A DNA stretch of 64,000 nt, taken from positions 58,592,001-58,656,000 of the forward strand of contig CM052817.1 in assembly GCA_028534125.1 (NCBI GenBank), in the 5' to 3' direction. This document shows, piece after piece, positions 28,030 through 40,142 of the stretch (position 1 is the stretch's first letter; each line of letters begins with the position of its first letter). The notes beneath the pieces are model-generated. The model searched no databases, had not been told where the DNA came from, and saw nothing but the letters and a program-made list of their open reading frames with translations. Position numbers and translations under genes: made by a program. Source of the DNA: Lama glama. Lineage: Eukaryota.

Positions 28030-28640
28030 AAACTACTATTATCTCCTTTCTTTAATATTATAATAGCCTCCTAAATGGTATCCTCACTTCCTTTCTTACT
28101 ACTCTATCTCTTCTCCTTATTTCCCCAATTATTCTTCCAGTTTTATGCAAATATTATGTCATATCCATATCCAAAAATCCTTGTCTTTAAAATCAAAACA
28201 CTTTCATTCCCCTTGCCCTTCAGATAAACTCTAAGAAGCCCAAGTAATGTTGCTCATTCTACAGCATTGTCAAGTACCATTCCATCTCTTTGTGTTTCAT
28301 ACTTCACCTCTACTAGTATATCTTTTATCACCTTGAACTTGCTGTGTACCCTTTTACCTTAGTCCAGGTGTGTTTTGTTTTTCTTTTCTCACAGCAAAAT
28401 TATATTCATCCTTCAGAGCAGATCTTAAACTTTATTTCATCAAAAAATAATTGATTGGGTTTTCCTAGACCCTAGTTATTCTCTTCCATAACATGATTAT
28501 ACTTTAGAAATCTGTCCTTTGCCTCAAAGAGTATAAGCAACCTTTTTCCACCTTGTTTGCTTCTGCTGTATTCTCAGACTTTTGTCCAATGGCTCACATT
28601 TAACATTCAGTTTTTCTAAATACCCTACTGGATGAAAGTT
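28030..28640 (+). mobile_element. LINE-2 fragment
   Basis: taatagcctcctaaatggtatcctcacttcc is a typical L2 motif; degenerate L2 terminus near 28600. Confidence 0.55.
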
Positions 28641-28714
28641 TTTTTAATTAATAAGAGCTATAAGAGTGCAAGCTCATTTGAGACTTTCCTTTAGGGTCAC
28701 GCATACATCCTTAC

Positions 28715-29194
28715 AATGTCAGATTCTACCTCACTGATCCTCTCCCCACACAGACGTTCTTCCTCGATGTAGAGCCAACCAGCTGAAAATTGTCATGCTC
28801 TCTTGAAGCTGGGGCTTGGTTGTGTGACCCAATTCTGAGTCAATGGACCAGAGGGAAAAAAATTCATTGGATGAAAAAGATACATGTGAAGAGAAATTGT
28901 CTTTTCCATTGTTAAATACAGTTGATTGAGAACATATATTTTAGATCTGCGTTTGCCTTCCTGTAGCTATGAAGGGTCAAGCATGAGAACTAATGACAAC
29001 CCTTTGAGGATCCATTAGAACAAAACAGAAAGTATCCGTGTCTTTGATGATGTTATTATGCTATTGAATTAACTACTAAGCCTGGAACCACCCACTTCTG
29101 TTCGTCTTGTTGTATGAGATATTAAATATCTTTTCCATTTAAGCCATTTTTAGGTAGGCTTTTACTTACTGTCAAAAGCACTCTAAGTGATACA
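28715..29194 (+). mobile_element. MLT1J/K-like MaLR LTR
   Basis: gttgtgtgacccaattctgagtcaatg; 3' end tttaagccatttttaggtaggcttttacttactgtcaaaagcactctaagtgataca. Confidence 0.6.
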
Positions 29195-30999
29195 GCTGCC
29201 CTCAGGACTCGGTCTCCCCTGAGTCCCTGTTTTATAGTTAGTGTGTGGTTACTGTCATCTGTTGGAATAAGGAAACCTAAGTTGTCTACTTCTCAGGGAA
29301 GATAAGTTTCTTCTCTAATTTTTCTGTTCTCCTTTTCCATAAGGAAGATGAGTTAGAATCCCAAAAAGTAAGCCCCAAATTGATGTCCTTTTATGCTTCC
29401 CTTCTAATTGATCTCTAAGAATATTTTAGGTTCATGAATGATTCTCAAAATAATTCAACCAAAATACTGAGAGAGTAGAAAAAGTACAGATACAGTCCTT
29501 TATTTTTATTGTACTTACAGGCTGCATGCTGTAGGGAAGTCTGAAAAATTTCCCTGACCAATGGCAAGTGGAGACCAGGGGTTAAGGAGGCCCAGATTAT
29601 CCAACATGACTTTATTTATGCAAAAGTTGAAGATGGGAGGCAATAGAGAAGAATATACAGTTAACTATAGGTGAAAGGAAAAGGGGTTAGCAAAGGACAG
29701 TAATTTGACATTCATTCAAATAATTCTCTCAAAATAATGATGTAATATGGAGTCCCTGTAAGACAAATGATCAGGAAGGCCCTTGCCCAGGAATACTCCC
29801 TTTTTACTTTATTAACATACTTTGTAAATGTAACATAAATTTGGTGAATGTCAACTTTTCTACATATGTGTGATACTCAAAAGACCATAACTTGTGGAAT
29901 CTAGAATAGGAAGAGTATTCCTTATGACACTTTTATTCTCTATAGAACCAGACACTGAGTTCAACTCAGAAATTAGTCATTCATCAAACATATAATGTGT
30001 AAACTTCCTTTCCAATGTAAATATAACTGTGGAACCTTAGCTAGTGGAGCTGCTCTGAGTCACTCTACTCCCCAGTAAAATCTCAGTAATACCACCTAAC
30101 TCATAGGGTTTCTGTAAAATCAGACCTACTGAGATGATAGGTATAAAGCCTATGGAACGAGTGGGGAATCTTTATTTCTCTGGAAGTTAAATTTAGAAGT
30201 TTTTTTATCTGATAAAATAGGGAACATGAAAATTAAATTGTTTTCCTTGTGAGGCTAAGAATTATAGGGTATTTGGTACACTTTTTTCCTGTGTTCTTTA
30301 AAAAATATCTTTATATGTAATATGCAATCTTGGCTTTAGATATTAGAGAAAATTTAAATTTCTGCATTTCTATCAGTTTTCTATAACTGTGGTCTATATG
30401 AAATCATGGTTTTTATTTGTTATTGAAATATTGAAGTCTTTTATTTTTGCTCTTTGGATAACTTTTGTGTTTTCCTTGAGCAAGTCACTTATCATTTCCA
30501 TTTTCTGTTTCAGTGTACTTATGAGAGACAGGAATAATGATTGTGATGTACCTTACAAAAAAGATAAGATCATCTTGAAAAGAGTGGTGAAAATCCAAGC
30601 AGTGTGTCAGATGCCAGATATGGCAAACAAACAAATAAATAAAAGAGCATTTCTATTATTAAGTATTCTTCTATATAGTTTTGATGTTGTGAAAGGCAGT
30701 AAAATTATTTTCGGTTCCTACTTTTTGAGCATTTAGGGGTGAATTGTCCAGGATTGTCTGGATATGTGTATATCCAGAGTCAATTATACAGCACATTCAC
30801 TGGCCTGCCCTCATTGAATTTTTAATTGGAATACCACCAGGAGGCAGCTATTGGCATCATTAATGGAATGTATTTGTGGGCAGACTATCTTTACCCAAAA
30901 AATTTCTGAACTAATCCAAGGAAATAAAAATCAATTTTAACTTCAAATTTTAGCCTAATTTTTCTACTAAAGTCACTTAGGATGGGAGATGACTCCCTA

Positions 31000-33790
31000 T
31001 CCATTCATTCAATTGATATTTATTGATCTCCTCCTCTGTGAAAGTTACTAGACTACATTATTTGTGATGTATAAAAATAAAATATGGCTCCTATCTTCAA
31101 AGAGCTTATATTTAACAGGGAAATTAAGCAATATACATAAATAACTTTATTAAGGCTTTCTTCCTTAGTGTTGGGAAAAAAGGAAGGAAAACAATTCTGA
31201 GACTAGTGAAGAATACTAACCAGATGTAAAGACCTGAATTAAGTCAATGGCAATGGGAGTTGAAGCAAGGAAATGAACTAAAGGAATTTCGGAGTCAAAA
31301 AGAGGATTGTTCGTCCATTGGTCATGGAATGTGAGAAAACATGAGAAGTCAAGGATGGGAACTTCTGGTTTCAGTTCTAACAGTTAAAAAGCTTGAAGTT
31401 ATCACTTCTGTTTTTACAAGAAGAAAAATTCTGAACAAACTGAAAATCAACAACTATTCTTGGGCCTGCAGAGAAAAAAGTCCACAGAGCAAACCACCAC
31501 CCCAGGCAAATATAGAGTCACAGCCAAAATTAGTTTACCTAGAGCAGAAGTCACATGATGCCACAACCTGGTAGGAGCACTTAACTGGTAGTTTTGATGA
31601 ATCACTGGAAGCTGAGTGGACTAACCTGATAATAAGAAACTCCTGGGGGCCATATTCTTATGGAGGACCCATACACGTGAGTTTTACCTCTAGGAACCCC
31701 ACCAGGTTCTCCTGGTGAAGAACCAAAGAAATGAAAGTCCTTTTGTGTCTTTGGCAGAGAAATGGAAAAGTAACCACTTGAAATGTGCCCAGAGCATTCT
31801 TTCTAACAATTGCCTACTTTCCAAGAGAAAAGACTACCAGACAGAGCCTCATCTCTCCTTGGAGGAAGGACACTTAAACAATTCAGCCCTCTCTATTCTC
31901 CCTGTCTCACCTGAGAGGGAGAAGTAAAGCTAGAATTGACTTGTGAAGGTCACAACCAACACAGAGACACAGGGCCACTGAAGATTGATACTTAATCATA
32001 AGATTATAGAATGTTTCCTCTCCCTAACTCCTTACTACTGCGTCAAAAGGCTTCCAGTATACAGTAACTCACAGCTAAAGGAACTGCAAGGCACACATTC
32101 TATTTGAAAGGTATTCTTAGGGTAAGCCAGAGACAGCAGAGGATATAAAAACGACAATTGAGGAATTTTAAGCCTCTGGGACATACAGCTACAGTAAATA
32201 TTAAACATAGCCCATCTTCTAGCAAGAGTAGCATAAAAACTCAAACTGTTTACCTGTTGTTATCACCCAATATATTACCCACAGCTTTCAAAAATAAATT
32301 ATGAGGCATGCTAAAAGGCAGGAAAAAATGCAGTTTGAAGAAACAAAGCAAACAGCAGAACCAGACTAATATATGACACAGATTTTAAAGTTATCAGACA
32401 GGAAATTTTAAATAATTATAATTAATAGGTTAAGGGCTATAATGAAAAAAATAAACAACGTGCAAGAACAAATGGGCAATACAAGCAGAGAGACGAAAAT
32501 GCTAAGAAAGAATCAAGAGGAATGCTAGAAATCAAAAGCACTGAAACTTAAAGAATGCCTTTATTGGGTTCATTAGTAGATTAGACACTGCTGAGAAGAA
32601 GAATCAGTGAGCTTGAAGATATGTCAACTAAAATTCAAGAAGAAAAAAATGAAAACAAAACAGCAGAATATCCAAGAACTCTGAGATAATTTCAGAGTAT
32701 TAACACCTGTGTAATTGGAGTACCAGAAGAAGAAAGAATGGAGCAGAAGAAATTCTGAAGCTAATAGTAGCCAAGACTTTGCAAAATCAATGACAGACAC
32801 CAAACCACAGCTGCAGGAAGCTCAGAGAATTCCAAACAAAATATATACTGAAAAAAAAACTACTCCTATACATACCATATTGAAACTGCAGAAAACCAAA
32901 GACAAAGAGAAAATCTTGAAAGAATCTACAGAGAATGTACATACCTTACCTACAGAGGAAAAAGATTAAGAATTACAATTGACTTTATTTCAGACACCAT
33001 GACAACAAGATGATGGATTGAATACATAAAGTGCTAAAAGAAATCAAGGATGAAGCAAGTTTCTTGATTAAGTTACGGAAGAGACAATGTTATTAACTAA
33101 GACCAGAAGTGTTGGAGAAATAACATGTTACCCTCCAGGATGAAGATTTTTAGATTTGAAAGTTTGAATCTAATATGCCTGGAACATAACAAGTGAAAGT
33201 CTCTAGGAGTCAGTTCAAGATTTGGCAAAAATTTCAGAACACAGAAAGGTGAGGATTGATAATAAATACTGAAGTGTTAATTCATAGGTAGTTGCTAATA
33301 CAGTAATTATTGAGGTGAAACATTTAAAAGGAGATGGGAAAAGGGCTTCAGACAGAAACCTGGGAAAAATTAACTTCTCAAGAACGAAGTGAAAGGAAAA
33401 AATGTTAATTAAAAAGTTTAAAAAGTATCCAACTGTATAACAGGAGAAAACACTAGTGCAGAAGTCCAGGAAGAAGAGATATTTTAAAGAAGATGCACAG
33501 ATCAGGCTGAGGACTGAACAATGTTTCTACCTAACTCTGATGAGAGCAATTTTAATTAAGTGACTAGAATGGAAACCAACTTTCAGAGGCAGGAAGATTG
33601 AACAGTTATCAGTTATTTATTTGTGGTGCTAAATTGTAAATGAGGGTGTGGATTCTGTAAGTCTAGTCCTCTTTCAAGAATCTCATCAATAAAAGGGGGG
33701 AAGAGAGTCAAGAATAGAAGTCAGGAATCACAAAATGTTGTTTGTTGTTACATTTGTTTTAGGAAAGGTAGAGACTTCATCCAGTTTAAA
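31000..33790 (-). mobile_element. LINE-2, interrupted by an L1 5' fragment
   Basis: Reversed L2 tail attcattcaattgatatttattga; the L2 motif agtcaaggatg...tttcttg resumes after 33052; gatcaggctgaggactgaa. Confidence 0.6.
31358..33038 (+). mobile_element. Old L1M 5'UTR plus partial ORF1, 3'-truncated
   Basis: Starts ggaacttctggtttcag; ORF1-like remnants (agaatcagtgagcttgaagat; translated KPQLQEAQRIPNKI...HTILKLQKTKDKEKILK); flanked by AGAAGTCAAGGATG (31344-31357) and AGAAATCAAGGATG (33039-33052). Confidence 0.8.
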
Positions 33791-34050
33791 GATAGAGAAG
33801 CTTTCCGCTTACATCAGTATTCTAAATATAGGGAACAACTGTTTAATCTTGCCCCTACTGCTTATAACTTTGTATACAACTAACTCTGAATAATTCACAG
33901 AAAACCTATCTTTTCCTTCATCATCCTGGATAATAAAAAGTATTTGCCATATGAGGACAATTTATGGCACATTGTGATTATAATAGCAAAATTATACCAG
34001 TTATCATAAATGCATATGCTCATTTTATATATTCTGGTAATCATTTCTTT

Positions 34051-34297
34051 TTTTAAATTTTATTGAGTTATAGTCAGTTTACAATGTTGTGTCAATTTCT
34101 GGTGTACAGCACAATTTTTCAGTCATACATGAATATACATATATTCATTTTCATATTCCTTTTCACCATGAGCTACTGCAAGATCTTGTATTTCCCTGTG
34201 CTATCCAGTATAGACTTGTGTATCTATTCTATATATACCTGTCAGTATCTACAAATCTCGAACTCCCAGTGTGTCCCTCCCTACCCACTGTCTCCCC
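34051..34297 (-). mobile_element. Young, severely 5'-truncated L1 3' end
   Basis: T-tract then attgagttatagtcagtttacaatgttgtgtcaatttctggtgtacagc; perfect 12-bp TSD AATCATTTCTTT at 34039-34050 and 34298-34309. Confidence 0.85.
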
Positions 34298-36677
34298 AAT
34301 CATTTCTTTATTCAATTGGTTTTCAGTAACAGTATGTTCCAAAGAGTGAGGTTAGAAAGATGAAAAAGGTTGGGTTAAAATTCATACCTTCAGTTGAATC
34401 TCATAAACCTGGAGGGGTGAAATGGGAGAGCAGGGGACTGTAAATCTTTGAAGTGTTTCCCAGATGATCTAGGTAGAATCTTCATTTACCCATGTTGAAA
34501 ACAATCTATCTAGTTTACTACCTGTATGCTTCAGTATTGGTTTCCTTCAATATATAGTTTTATTTTTATTACGTTATAATCCTGTGACTTGACTGGCTGT
34601 TTTCTTATGATGTTAGATATTGCACAGCTGGACAAAATTAAAGTAGCAATAGAAGAGCAGAAATCATATTTAAATTTATAGTCAAAGTGAACAGAAAGGT
34701 CTATTGCTTTCAAAATAGTATAATACTATTAAAGTACAAATCTCTCAAAGTGACAAGTTCAGAATAAAGACCTCATGAATTACAATTACAATTTTTATGT
34801 TCAAGCAAAATGACAATTATTGACAGAATAAGATACCACTCACCTTTACAATATATTACTTTTTCAGTAAATCCCAGTCCAATGCTGTTTAAAACAGTGT
34901 GTTAAATTGTACACTTTCATAAGCTGCCATTTATTTTCTTTATAATCTTAAAGTTTTTGTAGATTTACAATAACATATTTTTGAACCGTTTTATACGCTT
35001 TCTTCAGCTTAATTATCAACGTGCTTATCGCTCTTCTATGTGTAAAGAGAGCTTAGTAGCGAAAGGATTCAAAGATGCCATTCTTTCCCTGCAGGTGTTT
35101 GTAATTTAGCCTTTTTGCTCCATGTCTTTGCTGTCTAGTAAATAGTCACACAGTTTTAATTGTATGGAGCTGGGGTATTTATGTAAAAGAATGTTTTTGA
35201 AAGTTAACTTTTGCCTATTTACTACAAAATATAAATAAATTTGTTCTTTTCCTCCTTACCCTCTGAAGGGAGAGTTCTCTATTAGATACATTCTCAAGAG
35301 TTTTTATGATGCAGAATCAGAAGGGAAGCCAGGCAAGGCACGTGGCTCCTAAACAAGGGCCAGAGGACACTTGAGAGCAGCTGAAGCTTATCAGAGAAAC
35401 TGCCCGAGGAGAAAAGAGTAGAAATAGTAAAAATTATCCCTGTAAACTATGTGTCAGGTAATGTAGTTCAAGATACGCAAACAAAGATCTCTGGTTGTTG
35501 CAAACTTTTTTTTTTTTTTGGCCCTGGAACATCTTTAGAACACAGTGTACCACATGTGCCATAGACTCATGATTTGCTAAGTATGCGTGAATAAATAGTT
35601 TGGTATTCATATGTATTTTTCAGGATATAATACCTTTAATATTGCAAGCGCATTCATGAAACTTTAGAAATTAAAACACTTAAAAATCACACAAAACCCC
35701 ATAACGTTAACAAAATGATTGTCATAATTTTACATATTTTTAGATTTGTGTATATTTCACTTAGAATTCCATTTACCAAAGAAAGTGGATTTTTTCTGTT
35801 ACCACATAGACTTTGTAACCATCAATTTTTTTAACTGCAAAATATTTCATTGAGTAGATTTACTATCATTTAATAATAATTCTTCAATTGTATACTTGGG
35901 TTGCTTCACATTGTAATGCTGGGTGTCTATGGTATGGCTGCTAATTTTCAGTCTTCAGGTATGTTTTCTTTTAACCAGTAGGGCTGGGATGGGATGAGGA
36001 TGGGATATGGGTATCAGGGCATTTAGTTATATTTATTCCTATGCCTGGAGGTGATTATTTTGCTGACCATATTTTGATGACAAGTGAAAAAGAATTTGAA
36101 CAATTTCACGTCTCCATAAACTTCATCACATGCTGATTAGCAGTCAAAATGATTTTGACTTTGATGAAGCTGACTAGACATTTTGATCAGTGTCAAGTTG
36201 CTGGAAAGTGGCAGTGCTTCTCAGTATATGGTGGTGGCTGCCCTAGCTTCTGCCCAGAAGGCCAGGACAAGAGGCTCTGGGGTTCGTTTGAATGATTAGG
36301 TGAGTGTGACATAAAGCCAAAAATACTGCTACACATACAGACTTAAGGATACACCTGCGCCTCTTCACTTGTTCAAGAATCGGATAGTGACTAACTATGC
36401 AAAGATAAGAATGCTTTATGTTTATAACTTAAAGGAATAAAGAACTGCTGTATTTGATATGCTAATAAGCCTGTATTAACATAATCACCCTCTGTTAGAA
36501 ATAAGAATCACACTTGAAGAGCTTTGTGGGTAAGAGACATAGTAGAAGAGGTCATGGTTTATGTATTCTTTTTTCTATTCTTTTTATTTGCATATTTATT
36601 ACTGAAAGATCATATATCAATTCAATTACTCACATATAATCTGTAAGAAGGTCTAGCAGTTGAAAATAGTATCTCTG

Positions 36678-37104
36678 TGTATTAGTTTCCTAGGACTGAT
36701 GAAACAAAGTACCACAAACCGAGTAGCTTACATGACAAACATTTATTGTCTCAGTGTTCTAGAGGCTAGAATTCTGAGATCAAGATTTTGGCAGGACTGT
36801 GCCTCCTTTGAAGGCACTAACAAAGCATCTGCCCCAGATCTGTCTCCTAGCCACCTGTGGTTCCACTGGAGCATAACTCCAGTCTTCACATGGTGTTCTT
36901 TTCATGTGCATTTATCTGTGTCCAAGTCTCTCCTTTTTATAAAGACACTTAGACATATTGGATTAGGGAACTACTGTAGCCCAGTATTTTCTCATCTTAA
37001 CCCCTTACATCTGCAATGACTCTATTTCAAATAAGATGACATCCTGAGGTACTAGGGGGTATTTCAACATATGAATTTTAAGGGGACACTTTCAATTCTT
37101 ACCA
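36678..37104 (-). mobile_element. MLT1B/C-like MaLR solo LTR
   Basis: TGTATTAGTTTCCTAGG...cttacCA; imperfect 5-bp TSD CTCTG/GTCTG. Confidence 0.8.
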
Positions 37105-37129
37105 GTCTGTTACATAGATTATTTCATTT

Positions 37130-38890
37130 TCTTCTGTTCATGGGTACTTCTCTGCCTCCTGAAAACTAGCATTTCCTCCTGTGGGCTAGATCTTATCCCT
37201 GAATGCTTGAAGGATCTTCCTCTCTCATTTATTCCTTCTTTCACCTGTGCTTCTAACTTCTCCCATCTTACTGAATCATTCTTGTTCTTTAAAACTGTTC
37301 AAGCTTGTCCATCTGAAATACACACACACTGTCTCTCAATCCTATTAACTACTATACTTCATTTCTTGGAAGAAGCTTGCATTTTGACAAGTATATAGTT
37401 GGTAACTCCTTATTTCTCCTTCATCTTCAATTTGCTTCTCAGCTCACTGTAATCTGGATTCTGCTTGTAACATACCACCTGAAACTGCTTTGTCAAAGAC
37501 AACAGTGACTGACCTTGTCAATAAACCCTTACTTTACTTCATCTTCGCCGTGTCCAGCATCATCAATTTCCGTCTCCTTCCTGCCATGACTCCATGCTTT
37601 CCTTATTTTCCACTTGTTCATTTTCAGTTTTCTTCACAGTTGCTTCTTTTCATCTCTCAGTTATTGTTTTTCCACATCATTGTACTGGTGATTCCCAGAT
37701 TTCATTTCCTGACCAGACCCCTCTGGTCTGAGCCCATGCTTACATAGCCAACATTCCTCAGCTGGAGGTTACAAGGGACCTGAAAACTAAATTTATTGTC
37801 TTTTCTTTATCTTAAATCCTCCCATTTTGGCAGCCTTAAGTGAGTAGTCCATGGGGCCCAGCCTTAAGTGAATAGGCTGTGGGGCCCAGGCCAAAGTTCA
37901 CAATAGCTTGCACCTGGTAAGGAGTGAATATATGCATGCGCCAGTTACGTAAGCTTTATAAACAAAAAAAAAGCAAAGGTATGCATGCGCTAGTAGCATT
38001 ATGTAAGCCTTAGGGACCAAGAAATGAACAATGCGCACGTGCGGGCAGTATAGCTAAAAGCAGGACAAGTGCGCCACGTGGCGGCCCCATCTTGTTGAAC
38101 TAGAAGAAAGTGCCGAGTGCCGCTGCCCGCCATGTGCGCTACCTGCTGGTACTGCAGTAAAATGCTGTTTTGCTCTCTGTCAGCTCCTCGCGCATTTTTC
38201 CAGGTGGGTAGCTCACCTCCTCAAATCCCTCTTCAGCCCCCCTCGGCTGACATCCCACCTCAAATCGTATTTGTTTTCAATAGGAATGAGCAGTACTTGC
38301 GTTTACCGAGTAGACCTGCGAGAAACCTAACATCATCTATGACTTTCTCCTTTCATTTTTTGCTTCCACTCCACATGTGTCTGGTAGAGTCCACTTTCTA
38401 AATAGCTCTCAGATCCACTCCCACAGCCTCATCATCGTTTTAAGTTCTAATGATTTCTTACCTGGATTAGTAAAACAGCCTCCTAACCATCTCTAGTCTT
38501 CTCCCATCCAGCCCATTCTCCATACTGTACCCAGACTAAGGTGCATAAACTGAATTCTGATTATACCCTTCCACGGATTAAAATTCTTTATTGATACACC
38601 ATAGCCCTCTGAATAAAACTGAATTTATTATTATGACATAAATGACTTTTATGATTTGGTTCTCAATTGTTCTTTGCCAGTGTATGGCTCTCCACACCAT
38701 TATACTGAAATACGTGTTCCCCAAACTCTTGCAATTGATTTCTCTGCCTCCAGAAATTCTCACAGTCCTGCATTTGCTTAGAAAGCACTTGCCTGCCTTT
38801 TATCATTTATTAATTCCATCTGACCATTGAGTTTCTGGTTTGACATTTCATTCTCAGGAAAGCTTTTTCTGACTCTTCTACCTTAGTGCA
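37130..38890 (+). mobile_element. LINE-2, interrupted by a young LTR
   Basis: ctcactgtaatctggattctgc...ccacctgaaactgctttgtcaaagac; cctggattagtaaaacagcctcctaac. Confidence 0.6.
37825..38252 (+). mobile_element. Young CpG-rich solo LTR (428 bp), family not recognised
   Basis: 5-bp TSD TCCCA at 37820-37824 and 38253-38257; ends TT(degenerate TG)TTGGC...GCTGACA; about 16 CpGs; U3 tandem repeats; AGTAAA polyA-like signal 38156-38161 suggests + orientation. Confidence 0.75.
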
Positions 38891-38899
38891 TCTATGTAT

Positions 38900-39203
38900 T
38901 TGTTTTTTTGTTTGTTTGCCTTCTTTTGTTATAATTATAGTCAATTTACAATGTTAGTTTCTGGTGTACAGCATGGTAATTCAGTTATACACACATATCA
39001 CTACAAAGTATTGAATATAGTTCCCTGTACTATACAGAGGGCCTTGTTGTCTATTACATAAATATTAGTGAGTTTCTACAAATCCCTAACTCCCAATTTA
39101 TTCTTCCCTCCCTTCCCCCACTGGTAACCATAAGTTTGTTTTCTATGTCTGTGAGTCTGTTTCTATTTTGTAAGTAAGTTTCTTTGTGTCTTTTTTTCAG
39201 ATC
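38900..39203 (-). mobile_element. L1 3' end fragment (same family as 34051)
   Basis: tagtcaatttacaatgttagtttctggtgtacagc...ctggtaaccataagtttgttttctatgtctgtgagtctg. Confidence 0.8.
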
Positions 39204-39209
39204 TTTTTT

Positions 39210-40142
39210 TGGGGGGTTATTTTTCTGTCACTACATGGCACATTAATACAGGTTTCCCCTACTATCCAAAAGTAGAGCACTCCTATGAAATCTTTCATAA
39301 GCCTAAATGGCATTAAGCATAGAAGCAATCACCTTAGGACACATCTTGCCAACAGATGTACAAAATAAATTGAGATAAATCATGGGTGAAAGCTGAAAAG
39401 CTATGGCAACTTGATGCCGAGACCCTGAGTATAGTTCTCGGGGAAGGAGCTTGGCAGGGCTGCTTTGGCTGCTTGAGTGCAAGCTGCCTCTACAACAGCT
39501 CACTGAAAAACAAATCTGAACGCTATTTTTAGTCTTTACCTTTTTTTCTCTTTTTTTAAAGTAAATATCCTCTTTGGACCTCTTTTGGTTAGAAAAACAT
39601 GTACTGATGTAGATCTTTCATCAAAGTCAAGTGGCATAAAGCACATTTTGGAAAAGTGGGGGATACCTGTACACACTTGGTCACTTAAGAAACACTTTGA
39701 AGTTTTTTGTCAGAGTCTGACAAGGCTGAAATTAAGGTGTCTGTCAGCTGCATTCTCATCTGGAGCTTGGGGTTTCTTCCAAGCCATTCATCAGCTTTTG
39801 GAAGAATTCACTGCTGTGGCTGGTGTGGGAGGTTTGAAGTCCCCTTTCCTGGCTGGAGGCTGCTCTCACCTCCTCACCATATCCCTGCTCACAGGATCCT
39901 CTCTGTCTTCAAAGCAGCAACGGTGAGGCAGGTCCTCTCACACTTTGACTATCTCTGACTTCTGCCCCATGTGACTCATTAGGGCTCTATGACTAGCCTA
40001 GGACCCATCAGATAATCTCCCCATTTTAATGTCAGCTGTACCACAGAACATCATACAACCATGGATTTTGTCATGCTCACAGATGCTGGAAATAGGAGCA
40101 GGACAACTTTGGGGTACCGTTTTAGACATTCAATCTATGACA
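39210..40142 (-). mobile_element. MLT1E-like LTR interrupted by a Tigger element
   Basis: aaggctgaaattaaggtgtctgtcagctgcattctcatctggagc; ctctgtcttcaaagcagcaacgg; ggacccatcagataatctcccc; ends ...tatgACA. Confidence 0.65.
39249..39669. mobile_element. Non-autonomous TcMar-Tigger element (artiodactyl Tigger1_Art-like)
   Basis: TA TSDs at 39247-39248 and 39670-39671; TIRs CAGGTTTCCCCTACTATCCAAAA and (reverse complement) CAGGTATCCCCCACTTTTCCAAAA. Confidence 0.85.

Noticed and set aside
37833..37995. Short direct repeats superficially like a repeat-spacer array
   Set aside because: Only two copies of each unit, inside an LTR U3; eukaryotic context with no cas genes.
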